DNA from: an uncultured Acidobacteriota bacterium
GTDB lineage: Bacteria > Acidobacteriota > Thermoanaerobaculia > Multivoradales > UBA5704
Assembly: GCA_963770895.1 (NCBI GenBank)
Contig: CAVYRF010000001.1
Span: forward strand, 1,856,001-1,920,000
Reading direction: 5' to 3'
Length of the DNA: 64,000 nt
Position numbers and translations under genes: made by a program. Positions 18,187 through 28,787 of this stretch are shown here, one piece after another (the first letter of the stretch is position 1; each line of letters opens with the position of its first letter). The notes under the pieces are model-generated. The model ran no database searches. It had not been told where the DNA came from and saw only the letters and a program-made list of their open reading frames with translations.

Positions 18187-20259
18187 CTACGGCGCCGTGT
18201 AGGCCAGCACGCCGTGGCCGGCGGTCGCCAGGTAGAGCGTGCCCGGGTTGCGCGGGTCGAGCGCCAGCACGGAGTAGGTCTGGGTGACCACCGGTCCGCG
18301 TGTGAGCGGCGGCAGGCCGGACAGCAGCGGCTGCCAGCTGGCGCCGCCGTTGGTGCTGCGATAGACGCCGATGGTGCTCGCCGCCGCGTACAGCGTCGTC
18401 GGCGCGAGCGGGTCGATGGCGAACAGCAGCTGATTGCCCGCGTGCGGCAGGCCGTTGTCCATGGGGTGCCAATGGGCGCCGCCGTCCGGGCTGCGCCAGA
18501 CCCCGCCGAAGATGTCGGCGACGTACAGGCGCGCCGGATCGAGCGGATGCACCAGCAGTGCGCCCACCGGCGGCGCCGCATCGACCACCTGCCAGGTGGC
18601 GCCGGCATCGGCGGAGGCGTAGAGAACGGTGTTGCCGTTGACCCCCGTCCGGGCGAAGCCGTACAGGCTGGAGGTGCGGGACGGCGCGACGGCGATCGCG
18701 TCCAGCGGCGGGCTCAGACAGCTCCAGGTGGTGCCGCCGTCCTGGCTGGCAAAGGCGGTGCACTCGACACTCGCCTGCGGCGTGCAGGCGGTCAGCAGCG
18801 CGCCGGTGGCATACAGGGTCGGGGCCAGCCCCGCCCCCGCCGCCACCACGGCCAGCGACTCGACGCTGATGCAGGCGGCGGCGCCGTGGGCGTCCACGGG
18901 GTCGATCTGGTGCCAGGTGACGCCGCCGTCCAGGCTTTCGCCCAGGCCGGCAAGGGCGCCCAGGTAGACGTGCGACGGGTTGGCGCCGTCGACCGCCAGG
19001 GTCGGCGCGACGAGGTTTGCCGGGATGCCGGCGCCCACGGCGGGCGCGCCGCGCCACCGGCCGCCGGCGTTCCTGCTCACCGCGATCCCCTGGCCGGCGA
19101 CGTAGGCGACCAGCAGGGAACCGGTCGGGGTGGCGGCCGGGTCTGCCGCCAGCGCCGTCACGCTGGTCGCCGACAGGTGGTTGTCGGCAAGCTGCCAGCT
19201 GTGGCCGCCGTCGGCCGAGCGCAGCACGCCCAGGTTGGCGCCCCCGGCATACAGACTGAGCGGCGAATCGCCGGCGGCGTAGGCCAGCACGCTGTCGGGC
19301 GGCGCGGCGATCGCCGTCCACGTCACGCCGCCGTCGGTGCTGCGCAAGGCGCCGGCCACCACGGTGTGGGCGGGCCCGACCGCCAGCGGATAGCCGCCGG
19401 GACCGGTCAGGTGCCAGCTGGCGCCGGCGTCGGCGCTGCGGTAGGTGACCGCCGCCGGATGCTGCGGGTTGCCGCCGGGCGCCAGCGAGAACGCCAGCAG
19501 CATCGCTCCGGGCGGCGCCGGGTCGACCGCCAGCTGCCACCCCAGAAAGGTGGACGTGCCCGATGCCATGGCCGGCGGCGTCGGCAGCGCGGCAGACAGG
19601 TCGACGAGCGCCGCACCGGGGCTGGCGACACCGTACAGGTGCAGGCCGTCGGCGGCCAACACCAGGGCGAACATGCGGTGGTGCACCGGGTCGGCGGCCA
19701 CCTGCACGGTCAAGCCGTCGCCGAAGTCGTAGCTGGCGGCCAGGGTGTGTCCGCCGTCGGTCGCCACCAGCAGCCGCGTGGTGGTGCCGCCGTAGATGGT
19801 GCCCGGCGTGCGGGGGTCGGCGGCGACGCTGACCATGGCGTCGGTCTGGTCCGCGTCGGCGCTGGCCACCAGGGCGGTGCCCGACCAGGTGGCGCCGGCG
19901 TCGGCGCTGGCGAAGACGCTGTTCAGCGCGGCGGCATAGACGGTCGACGTGCCGTGCGGGTCGACCGCCACGGCGACGATGCGGTCGTCCAGCAGGCCGT
20001 GGCCGGTGGCGGCCCAGGTGGTGCCGCCGTCGGTGCTGGTGAACATCCCGCCGGCGGGGGCTCCCGCATAGACCAGCTGGGGATTGGCCGGATCGACGGC
20101 GACCGCCGCGATGGCGCCGCCGTTCGGCCCGATCGGGCTCCAGAAGCCGACCGCCGCGGCGAGCGGCGGCGCCGCCGCCACCGCTACGACCGCTGCCACC
20201 GCCGCCAGGGCAAGGGTCGCTGCGACGCAGGAAAACGGTGTTTGCGATGAGGATCTCAT
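18187..20259 (-). CDS. Secreted BNR/Asp-box (sortilin/YCF48-like) repeat beta-propeller protein
   Basis: Start set at MRSSSQTP; signal peptide; repeated SxDGGxTW motifs (STDGGTTW, SADGGHSW, SLDGGVTW, STNGGASW) with AVDP spacers. Confidence 0.85.
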   Translation of the reverse strand: MRSSSQTPFSCVAATLALAAVAAVVAVAAAPPLAAAVGFWSPIGPNGGAIAAVAVDPANPQLVYAGAPAGGMFTSTDGGTTWAATGHGLLDDRIVAVAVDPHGTSTVYAAALNSVFASADAGATWSGTALVASADADQTDAMVSVAADPRTPGTIYGGTTTRLLVATDGGHTLAASYDFGDGLTVQVAADPVHHRMFALVLAADGLHLYGVASPGAALVDLSAALPTPPAMASGTSTFLGWQLAVDPAPPGAMLLAFSLAPGGNPQHPAAVTYRSADAGASWHLTGPGGYPLAVGPAHTVVAGALRSTDGGVTWTAIAAPPDSVLAYAAGDSPLSLYAGGANLGVLRSADGGHSWQLADNHLSATSVTALAADPAATPTGSLLVAYVAGQGIAVSRNAGGRWRGAPAVGAGIPANLVAPTLAVDGANPSHVYLGALAGLGESLDGGVTWHQIDPVDAHGAAACISVESLAVVAAGAGLAPTLYATGALLTACTPQASVECTAFASQDGGTTWSCLSPPLDAIAVAPSRTSSLYGFARTGVNGNTVLYASADAGATWQVVDAAPPVGALLVHPLDPARLYVADIFGGVWRSPDGGAHWHPMDNGLPHAGNQLLFAIDPLAPTTLYAAASTIGVYRSTNGGASWQPLLSGLPPLTRGPVVTQTYSVLALDPRNPGTLYLATAGHGVLAYTAP

Positions 20260-20266
20260 ACTGATC

Positions 20267-21907
20267 TCAGGCGTCGCTGCCGGCCGCGGCGTTACGCGCC
20301 GCCGCGGCTTCGTCGCCGCGCTCCATCGCCAGCTCGACCTCCAGGCTCTGGTGATCGCGGAAGATGGTGGCGACGGCGCGCAGGCGCCCGCCCTGGCGGT
20401 AGGCGACGGCGGCGTCGCGATCGGCCAGCGAGCCCGCGACGCTGGCCTGCACGTCTCCCGCGGCGGCATGGCCGACGTAGGACACCTGGACGTCGTAGTG
20501 CTGGCTCCAGAAAAACGGCGCGGCGTCGAAGCGCTGGCGGCGGCCCAGCATGTTGGCGGCGGCCGTCTGCCCCTGGCGCTCGGCCACCACCCAGTGCTCG
20601 ACCCGCATCCGGTCGCTGGAATAGGGGTCGGGCCAGCGCGCGATGTCGCCGGCGGCAAAGATGCCGGGGACCGAAGTCTCCAGGTATTCGTCCACCGTCA
20701 CGCCGCGGTCGACCGCCATGCCCGCCGCTTCGGCCAGCGCCACCGCCGGGCGCACGCCGACGCCCATGACCACCAGGTCGGCGGGCAGGCGCTCGCCGCC
20801 TTCCAGAGTCACCGCCGCGGCGTCGATGGCGGCCGGCCGCGCGCCCAGGCGGAAGGCGACGCCGTGCTCCTCGTGCAGGCCGCGCACCCAGGCGCCGACC
20901 TCCGCCCCCAGCACGTGCTGCAGCGGCGCCGCCCCGGGCGCCACCACGGTGACCGCGACCTCGCGGGCGCGCAGCGCGGCGGCGACTTCCAGCCCGATGA
21001 AGCTGGCGCCCACGATCACGGCGCGCGGCGCCGGGCCGGCGGCGCGCAGCGCCAGGACCTTGGCGATCAGGGCGCGGCTGTCGGCCAGGCTGCGCAAGGT
21101 GAAGACGTGCGGCAGATCGGCGCCCGGCAGGTCGAGCCGCACCGGCTCGGCGCCGGTCGCCAGCAGCAGCGCGCCAAAGGGCAGGGTCGCGCCGTCGGCC
21201 AGCGTGACGCTCTTGCCCTGCGGGTCGATCGCCGTGACGCGGGTGCCCAGGCGCAGATCGATGCGCAACTGGTCGTACAGCTCGCGCGGGTGGAGCGGGA
21301 TCCACTCCTCGGGCGCGTTGCCGGCCAGGAAGTCCTTGGACAGGTTGGGGCGGTCGTACGGCGCCGCCTCGTCGGCGCTGAGCAGCGTCAGCGGCCCGTC
21401 GTAGCCCAGGTGGCGCAGGCGCTGCGCGGCGGCGTTGCCGGCGGCGCCGCCGCCGACGATGACGATCGACGACGGCGGCTCGGGCGCTCCGGCCGCCGGT
21501 TGCGCGGCGGCGGCCGGCGCCAGCTTCTCGCGCACGAACACGCGGTCGCCCTGGCGTTCGACGCGGTAGCGGGGCAGCGGGTTGAGCGCCGGAGCGTGCA
21601 GCGCGTCGCCGGTGCGCAAGCTGAAGCAGGCGTGGTGCCACGGACAGCGCACCGTGTCGCCGACCACCAGCCCGTCGGCCAGCGGCCCACCGTAGTGGGT
21701 GCAGTTGGCGGCGACGGCGAAGACCTGGTCGCCCACCCGCGCCAGCAGCACCGGCTCGCCGTGGGCGTGGCCCACCAGGCAGCGGCGGGACGCGGCGACG
21801 CCGGGCGCGTCGTGCGCGTCGGCAGAGCCGGCGGCGCCGTCGCCGATCTGCGCCAACGCCACTCCTTGTGTCAGGTCGGGACCGCTCAGCTGGGGCTCGC
21901 CGCTCAT
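20267..21907 (-). CDS. Rieske [2Fe-2S] domain fused to an FAD-dependent ferredoxin-reductase-like oxidoreductase (AIFM3-like)
   Basis: CTHYGGPL...CPWH Rieske motif; VIVGGGAAG, PYDRPNLSK, GASFIGLE, RVEHW, PFFWSQHY. Confidence 0.92.
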   Translation of the reverse strand: MSGEPQLSGPDLTQGVALAQIGDGAAGSADAHDAPGVAASRRCLVGHAHGEPVLLARVGDQVFAVAANCTHYGGPLADGLVVGDTVRCPWHHACFSLRTGDALHAPALNPLPRYRVERQGDRVFVREKLAPAAAAQPAAGAPEPPSSIVIVGGGAAGNAAAQRLRHLGYDGPLTLLSADEAAPYDRPNLSKDFLAGNAPEEWIPLHPRELYDQLRIDLRLGTRVTAIDPQGKSVTLADGATLPFGALLLATGAEPVRLDLPGADLPHVFTLRSLADSRALIAKVLALRAAGPAPRAVIVGASFIGLEVAAALRAREVAVTVVAPGAAPLQHVLGAEVGAWVRGLHEEHGVAFRLGARPAAIDAAAVTLEGGERLPADLVVMGVGVRPAVALAEAAGMAVDRGVTVDEYLETSVPGIFAAGDIARWPDPYSSDRMRVEHWVVAERQGQTAAANMLGRRQRFDAAPFFWSQHYDVQVSYVGHAAAGDVQASVAGSLADRDAAVAYRQGGRLRAVATIFRDHQSLEVELAMERGDEAAAARNAAAGSDA

Positions 21908-22036
21908 CAGATGGTGCCTGCCGATCTGGCCCGGGAGGCCGTCATGCGGTGCGGCAGGAGGGCCGGCCCGCCGCTCCGGCCGTCCGCGCCCATCCTATGA
22001 CACGCCGCCAGGGTGCGGCGTAACGCCGGGTGCGGC

Positions 22037-23815
22037 TTACGGCTTCTTGCGCAGCGGCTCGGCGACGTAGTGGCGGACCGCGGGGCGGTCGCCGCTGCGC
22101 TGGTAGTGCCGCGCCTCGGCCAGGATGTCCTGATCGGCCACCGTGCCGCGCTCGTGCTGGCGCAGGTGCTCCAGCCACGACTTGACGAGGAACACCTCGG
22201 CGTACACGCCGCTTTCGCCGGCGTCGGCGTACAGATCCCATTCCATGGCGCCGTCGCGCAGGCGGATCAGGCGCACCCGCCGCATGGCGCGGTTGAACTC
22301 CTCCTCCTCGCCGGCGGCGACGCTGTATTCGACCGTCACCAGCACCGGCCCGCGGTCCGGGTCCGGATCGAAGGCCAGGATCGGCGCCGGCATCTCCCGC
22401 GACGGCGCCAGGTTGGGCGCGTCGCCGCTGCGTAGCCGCAGGCGGTGCGTGGCGGCCAGCCCGACCACCATCCCGGCGGCCGACAGGCACAGCGCCCACG
22501 GCGCGCCCCACCGCTCGGCCAGGGCGCCCCACAGCGCGCTGCCGGCCGTCAGGCCGCCGTAGAAGACCAGCAGGTAGACCGACAGCGCCCGCGCCCGCAC
22601 CCACGACGGCACCGCGATCTGCACCGCCACGTTCAGGCTGGACAGCAGCGACAGCCAGGCGCTGCCGGCGGCGAACATCGCCACCAGCAGCAGCGGGAAG
22701 TTGCGCACCAGGGCCAGCGCCACCGTCGCCGCGGCGAACACCAGCGTCGCCGCCGCCGCCAGGGTGTTGCCCGACACCTCCCGGCGGATGCGCGGCAGCA
22801 GCATCGCCCCGCTCACCGCTCCGGCGCCCATCGCCGCCAGCAGCAGCCCGTAGCCGCCGGCACCGTGGCGCAGGTCGCGCGCCACCACCGGCAGCAGCGC
22901 CCACAGCGAGCCGCCGCACGCGATGAAGGCGCTGCCGCGCGCCAGCGGCGCCAGCACCTCGGGAGAGTGCCGCACGTAGCGCACGCCGGTGATGATGGCG
23001 CCCATCACGCGCTCGCCCGGCAGGTCGTTCTGCTCCGCGGGACGGCGCCAGAAATAGAGCACCGCGATGACGCCCAGGAAGGACACGGCGTTGAGCAGGA
23101 ACGTCCAACCGGCGCCCGCCGCGGCGACCAGCAACCCGCCCAGCGCCGGACCGGCGGCGCGGGCGATGTTGAAGCTGATGCTGTTAAGGGCGATCGCCCC
23201 CGCCAGCTCGGAGCGCGGCACCAGCTCGGGCATGATCGCCTGCCACGCCGGCGTGTTGGCGGCGGACCCCAGGCCGAGCAGAAAGGTGAAGCCCAGCAGG
23301 CTGGCCGGACCCGCGCGGTGGGTCAGCGCCAGCACCGCCAGGCCGCCGGCCGCCACGGTCATCCAGCTTTGCGTGACGATCAGCAGCTTGCGGCGGTCCA
23401 CCACGTCCGCCACCGCCCCCGCCGGCAGGGCCAACAGGAACGAAGGCAGGCTGGTCGCGGCCTGCACCAGGGCCACCAGCGTGGTGCTGGTGGTCAGCGA
23501 CGTCATCATCCACGAGGCGCCCACGTTCTGCAGCCAGGTGCCGATATTGGACGCCACCGAAGCCATCCACAACCAGCGGAACAGCTGGTTGCGCAGCGGC
23601 GACCACGCGGAAGGCGTGGAAGCGGTGGCAGGCGGTGCAGCCGCGGCAGGCGACGAAGGCGGTGAAGGCGGTGCCGCCGCTGCCGCGGTCGACGAAGCCG
23701 GCGCTGGCGGCGGGGGCGCAGCAGGCGTTGGCGGCGGTGGCGCCGGATGGGGGGCAGGGGGATCTGGCGCGGCGGCGTCCGGGGGAGCCGGGACCGGGAG
23801 CGAACGTTCCATCAC
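22037..23815 (-). CDS. MFS transporter (MFS_3/DUF894 type) with C-terminal soluble domain
   Basis: C-terminal part of track ORF 22037..25192; FRWLWMASVASNIGTW, AGAVADVVDRRK, SFNIARAAGPALGG, tail RLRDGA...WLEHLRQHER. Confidence 0.9.
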   Translation of the reverse strand: MMERSLPVPAPPDAAAPDPPAPHPAPPPPTPAAPPPPAPASSTAAAAAPPSPPSSPAAAAPPATASTPSAWSPLRNQLFRWLWMASVASNIGTWLQNVGASWMMTSLTTSTTLVALVQAATSLPSFLLALPAGAVADVVDRRKLLIVTQSWMTVAAGGLAVLALTHRAGPASLLGFTFLLGLGSAANTPAWQAIMPELVPRSELAGAIALNSISFNIARAAGPALGGLLVAAAGAGWTFLLNAVSFLGVIAVLYFWRRPAEQNDLPGERVMGAIITGVRYVRHSPEVLAPLARGSAFIACGGSLWALLPVVARDLRHGAGGYGLLLAAMGAGAVSGAMLLPRIRREVSGNTLAAAATLVFAAATVALALVRNFPLLLVAMFAAGSAWLSLLSSLNVAVQIAVPSWVRARALSVYLLVFYGGLTAGSALWGALAERWGAPWALCLSAAGMVVGLAATHRLRLRSGDAPNLAPSREMPAPILAFDPDPDRGPVLVTVEYSVAAGEEEEFNRAMRRVRLIRLRDGAMEWDLYADAGESGVYAEVFLVKSWLEHLRQHERGTVADQDILAEARHYQRSGDRPAVRHYVAEPLRKKP

Positions 23816-23860
23816 CTGGGAGCATAGCCGAGTCGCCCCAGGCGTTATGATGCGCCGCGC

Positions 23861-25288
23861 ATGAACATGCACCTGCTGCCTCCCGCCGCCTTTCGCAGCC
23901 TGCTCGCCGAAGCCGGCATCCAACGGTTTTTCCTGGTCTGGGATGAGGACGCGGGCGAGCTCCGCGCCTCGCATCCGCTGCTCGCGCCGCTCGCCCGCCT
24001 GCTCGCCGCCGACCGCCGCGATTTCGACCGTCACGAAGGCGTCTTCGTGCAGATCGCGCCGGCCAGCGGCGTGCTGCAGGGCGCCTTCGTGCACCGCACC
24101 TGCCGCGGCCAGGCCGCGGGCGGCGTGCGCTACTGGCGCTACCCGACGATCGAGCACTTTCTGCGCGACGGCCTGCGCCTGGCGCGCGGCATGACCCACA
24201 AGAACGCCCTGGCCGGCCTCTGGTGGGGCGGCGGCAAGGGCGTGATGGTCCACGAACCGGCGGCCGGCGCCGCCGGCGGCGCCGGGGCCGGGGCCGATGC
24301 GGCGGCGGACCGCCGGCTGGTCTACGAAGAGTACGGCGACTTTCTCACCAGCCTGCGCGGCTGCTACGTCACCGCCGAAGACGTCGGCACCTCGCCGCAG
24401 GACATGGCGGCCATCTTCCGGCGCACCCGCTTCACCACCTGCATCCCGCCCGAGCTGGGCGGCAGCGGCAACCCCTCGGCGCCGACCGCGCGAGGCGTGG
24501 TGCGAGGGATGGAGGCGGCGCTGGCCTGGCGCCGGCAGGGCACCCTGGCGGGCAAGACCGTGACCGTCCAGGGGTTGGGCCACGTCGGCGAGCCGCTGGT
24601 CGATCTGCTGCGCCAGCGCGGCGTCGCCCGCGTCGTCGGCACCGACATCGACGCCGCGCGCGTCGCCGCGCTCACCCGCCGCCACGCCGCCGCGGCGCCC
24701 GGCTTTGCCCTGCAAGCCCGCGCCGTCGCGCCCGACGACGATGCCATCCTGGCCGAGCCCGCCGACATCTTCGCCCCCTGCGCCACCGGCGGCATCCTGG
24801 GCCCCGACACCATCCCGCGCCTCGCCGCCGGCATCGTCTGCGGCGCCGCCAACAACCAGCTGCTCGACGCCGACCGCGACGACCTGCTGCTGCACCAGCG
24901 CGGCATCCTCTACATGCCCGACTTCCTGGTCAACCGCATGGGCATCGTCAACTGCGCCGACGAACAGTACGGCTACGTCGGCGACGAAGACCCGCGCCTC
25001 CTCGACCACCTGGGAAGCCCAGGCGCCGACAGCAAGGATCCCGGCCAGCCAGCTGGGCAAGCCGCCGCCGACCGCTGGGACAACAGCATTTACAACCTGT
25101 CGCTCGCCATCCTGCGCGACGCCCAGCACTCCAACCAGCCGCCCGCCCGCATCGCCCTCCGCCTGGCCGAGCAGCGTTCGCGCGACCCGCACCCCCTATG
25201 GGGCCACCGCGGCGCCGCCATCATCCGCGCTCTCACCCGCCCCGGCCCCGCCGCCTGGCACCACGCCAGCACCCTCCCCGCCAGGTGA
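23861..25288 (+). CDS. Glu/Leu/Phe/Val dehydrogenase family protein
   Basis: GGVR, LARGMTHKNALAGL, GGGK, YVTAEDVG, VQGLGHVG, CGAANNQL, YMPDF. Confidence 0.9.
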   Translation: MNMHLLPPAAFRSLLAEAGIQRFFLVWDEDAGELRASHPLLAPLARLLAADRRDFDRHEGVFVQIAPASGVLQGAFVHRTCRGQAAGGVRYWRYPTIEHFLRDGLRLARGMTHKNALAGLWWGGGKGVMVHEPAAGAAGGAGAGADAAADRRLVYEEYGDFLTSLRGCYVTAEDVGTSPQDMAAIFRRTRFTTCIPPELGGSGNPSAPTARGVVRGMEAALAWRRQGTLAGKTVTVQGLGHVGEPLVDLLRQRGVARVVGTDIDAARVAALTRRHAAAAPGFALQARAVAPDDDAILAEPADIFAPCATGGILGPDTIPRLAAGIVCGAANNQLLDADRDDLLLHQRGILYMPDFLVNRMGIVNCADEQYGYVGDEDPRLLDHLGSPGADSKDPGQPAGQAAADRWDNSIYNLSLAILRDAQHSNQPPARIALRLAEQRSRDPHPLWGHRGAAIIRALTRPGPAAWHHASTLPAR

Positions 25289-25417
25289 TACCGGAAGTGC
25301 CTTGACCTTCCGCTGGGAAGGGCGAGGAAGCCGGCACGGCAAGAGCCGGATGCTCAAGGCGCAGGACTGTCCAGGGCTGCCTCCAGCTGTGAATTTTCGT
25401 TGACTTATACTGACGAT

Positions 25418-27013
25418 ATGACAGGAGAGAGGTCAGTCATTCTTGAGCGCGATCTTGCCGTGCCGATGCGCGACGGCACGCGCCTGTTTGTGAATCTTTT
25501 CCGCCCTGTGATTGAGCGGCCGCTGCCGGTCATCCTGTCGGTCACGCCCTATGGCAAGGATACGCTGCCGGATCGCCTGGTGAGTTTCTTCATGCGTCTT
25601 GCGGGGGTCAGGTTTGGCAAGGTCAGGTGCTCGCGCCTGACGGGCTTTGAAAGCCCGGACCCGGTCTACTGGGTCCAGCAGGGGTACGCCGTGCTGCAGG
25701 CGGATATCCGCGGCATGCACAGGTCCGAGGGCGAAGCGGGCGTGCTGCGGCTCAAGGACGCTGAAGACTACTACGACCTTATCGAATGGACGGCCGCCCA
25801 GGCGTGGTGCACGGGCCGCGTGGGGCTCCTGGGCGTCTCGTACCTGGCGATGTCGCAATGGTGCGTGGCAGCCCTCAGGCCACCTCACCTGAGCGCGATC
25901 GTGCCGTGGGAGGGTGTTACCGACCTGTACCGCGAGTTTGCGTTCCACGGTGGAATCCCCGAAACCAGGTTCGTGACGACCTGGTTCAAGATGCGCATCC
26001 AGCGAGGGCGGAATCGCCGTTTTCCGCTGGCGGAGGATTTCCTCGCGGAGAGAGACCGGCATGGTCTGGACGACGACTACTGGGAGACGAAGCGGCCCAT
26101 CCTTGAGAATATTCAGGTTCCCGCGTTGGTCTGCGCCAGCTGGTCCGACCAGGGGCTGCACACGCGCGGCTCCATCGTGGGATTCGAGCGCATCTCATCA
26201 GAGCAAAAATGGCTGTTCACGCACGGACGGAAAAAGTGGGAAACCTTTTACAGCGATGAGGCGCTCGCCTGCCAGAAGCGGTTCCTGGATCATTTCCTGC
26301 TGGACGTCGACAACGGGCAGGAGCGAGCGCCCAGGGTGCGCCTGGAGGTCCGCAAGGCTTTCTATCGACAGGACGTCCGCCATGAACAGTGCTGGCCCCT
26401 GCCGTCGGTCGAGCCGCTGCCGCTGTATCTCTGCGCGAACACCGGCCGCCTGCAGGCAGAGCCGGTCGCTGCCCAGGCGGAGGTGCGATATCGACCGGCG
26501 CGTCGCGGCGACAGGGCAGCCTTTACGCTGACGTTCGACCGCGCCACCGAGCTGGTCGGCAGCATGCGTCTGAAGCTCTGGGTCAGCACCTCCGAAGGTG
26601 ACGACCTGGACCTGTTCGTCGTGCTGCACAAGCTCGACGCCGCCGGGCGGCAGGTCTTCTTTTCCGGCTACAACGGCTACCGGCGCGATGCGGTCGCCAA
26701 GGGATGGCTGCGAGCCTCGCACCGTGCGCTGGATCCTGGGCGCAGCACGCCGCTGCGGCCATGGCACCCCCACACCCAGCTACAAACGCTGCGTGCGGGC
26801 GACGTCGTGCCGGTGGAAATCGAAATCCTGCCCTCGGCCACGCTGTTCGAGGCCGGTTCCACCTTGCAGCTGACCATCCAGGGTCACGATGCGGCCAGGT
26901 ACCCGGCCTTCGGTCATCGCCACCTGGTCAACCGTGGCTGGCACGCTATCTTCACCGGCGGCTCTTACGATTCGTGCATGGTCGTGCCGCTGAACAATCG
27001 GACTGCTCAATGA
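25418..27013 (+). CDS. CocE/NonD family alpha/beta hydrolase (peptidase S15-like)
   Basis: VPMRDGTRL, TPYGKD, DIRG..SEG, GVSYLA nucleophile elbow, WSDQGLH, GWLRASHR; TATACT 6 nt before ATG 25418. Confidence 0.9.
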   Translation: MTGERSVILERDLAVPMRDGTRLFVNLFRPVIERPLPVILSVTPYGKDTLPDRLVSFFMRLAGVRFGKVRCSRLTGFESPDPVYWVQQGYAVLQADIRGMHRSEGEAGVLRLKDAEDYYDLIEWTAAQAWCTGRVGLLGVSYLAMSQWCVAALRPPHLSAIVPWEGVTDLYREFAFHGGIPETRFVTTWFKMRIQRGRNRRFPLAEDFLAERDRHGLDDDYWETKRPILENIQVPALVCASWSDQGLHTRGSIVGFERISSEQKWLFTHGRKKWETFYSDEALACQKRFLDHFLLDVDNGQERAPRVRLEVRKAFYRQDVRHEQCWPLPSVEPLPLYLCANTGRLQAEPVAAQAEVRYRPARRGDRAAFTLTFDRATELVGSMRLKLWVSTSEGDDLDLFVVLHKLDAAGRQVFFSGYNGYRRDAVAKGWLRASHRALDPGRSTPLRPWHPHTQLQTLRAGDVVPVEIEILPSATLFEAGSTLQLTIQGHDAARYPAFGHRHLVNRGWHAIFTGGSYDSCMVVPLNNRTAQ

Positions 27014-27176
27014 CCCGGGGATTGCGCAACGCCAGGTTTTGGTCCGCCTTGTCTGTCGGTGTGATGCCATGCCAGATTCGTGCAATCAATGGGTCCTCCG
27101 TGTGATCCGTTCGAACAGGGGAAGCTTGCCGGATAGCGCGCCCTTTGTTACGATTCCGCCAGGAGAACCAAAACTC

Positions 27177-27512
27177 ATGGCGATCTATTCGCGCGGCTGG
27201 GGCGACCTGGTCCCTGTCATCTGTTTGCTGCAATACGTCGTGACCAAGTGGGTGGTCAATTCGCTCAAGGGAGTACCGGATTTCTACACGACGCACGGCT
27301 GGCCCAAGTTCGTCGGCTGCCTGGCCGGCGGTTTCACCCTGTGGCTGGTGGGTCAGTACCTGCGCCGCAGGGACAAGCTCCGCTTCCTCGTCGATACGTC
27401 GACCGGTCAGCACATCCCCCTGCCGAGTGAAGACTCCTTCTCGGGTATTCCTGTCCGTTTCTGGGGGCTGATGCTGGCCGGGTTTGGTTGTTTGCTGCTC
27501 TTCGTCCCCTGA
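27177..27512 (+). CDS. Small hypothetical membrane protein
   Basis: AGGAG upstream of ATG 27177; MAIYSRGWG...three hydrophobic segments...VDTSTGQ...SFSGIPVRFWG. Confidence 0.65.
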   Translation: MAIYSRGWGDLVPVICLLQYVVTKWVVNSLKGVPDFYTTHGWPKFVGCLAGGFTLWLVGQYLRRRDKLRFLVDTSTGQHIPLPSEDSFSGIPVRFWGLMLAGFGCLLLFVP

Positions 27513-27526
27513 TCCGCCGGCTTTGC

Positions 27527-28651
<1,125 letters not shown>

Positions 28652-28787
28652 CTACGTGTATGCTAGAAGTTTGCGCCGACCGGTCCGGCGCGCGCGTCGG
28701 GCCTATGGAGCCTTGTTTGGAGAGGGGAGCCTGGACGCCGCGTGGTCCGGCGGCCGTATCAACAATTGGACGAAAGCGAGGAAATCC

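Noticed and set aside
23816-25192. Apparent 1051-aa MFS fusion protein
   Set aside because: The N-terminal half is antisense to the amino-acid dehydrogenase.
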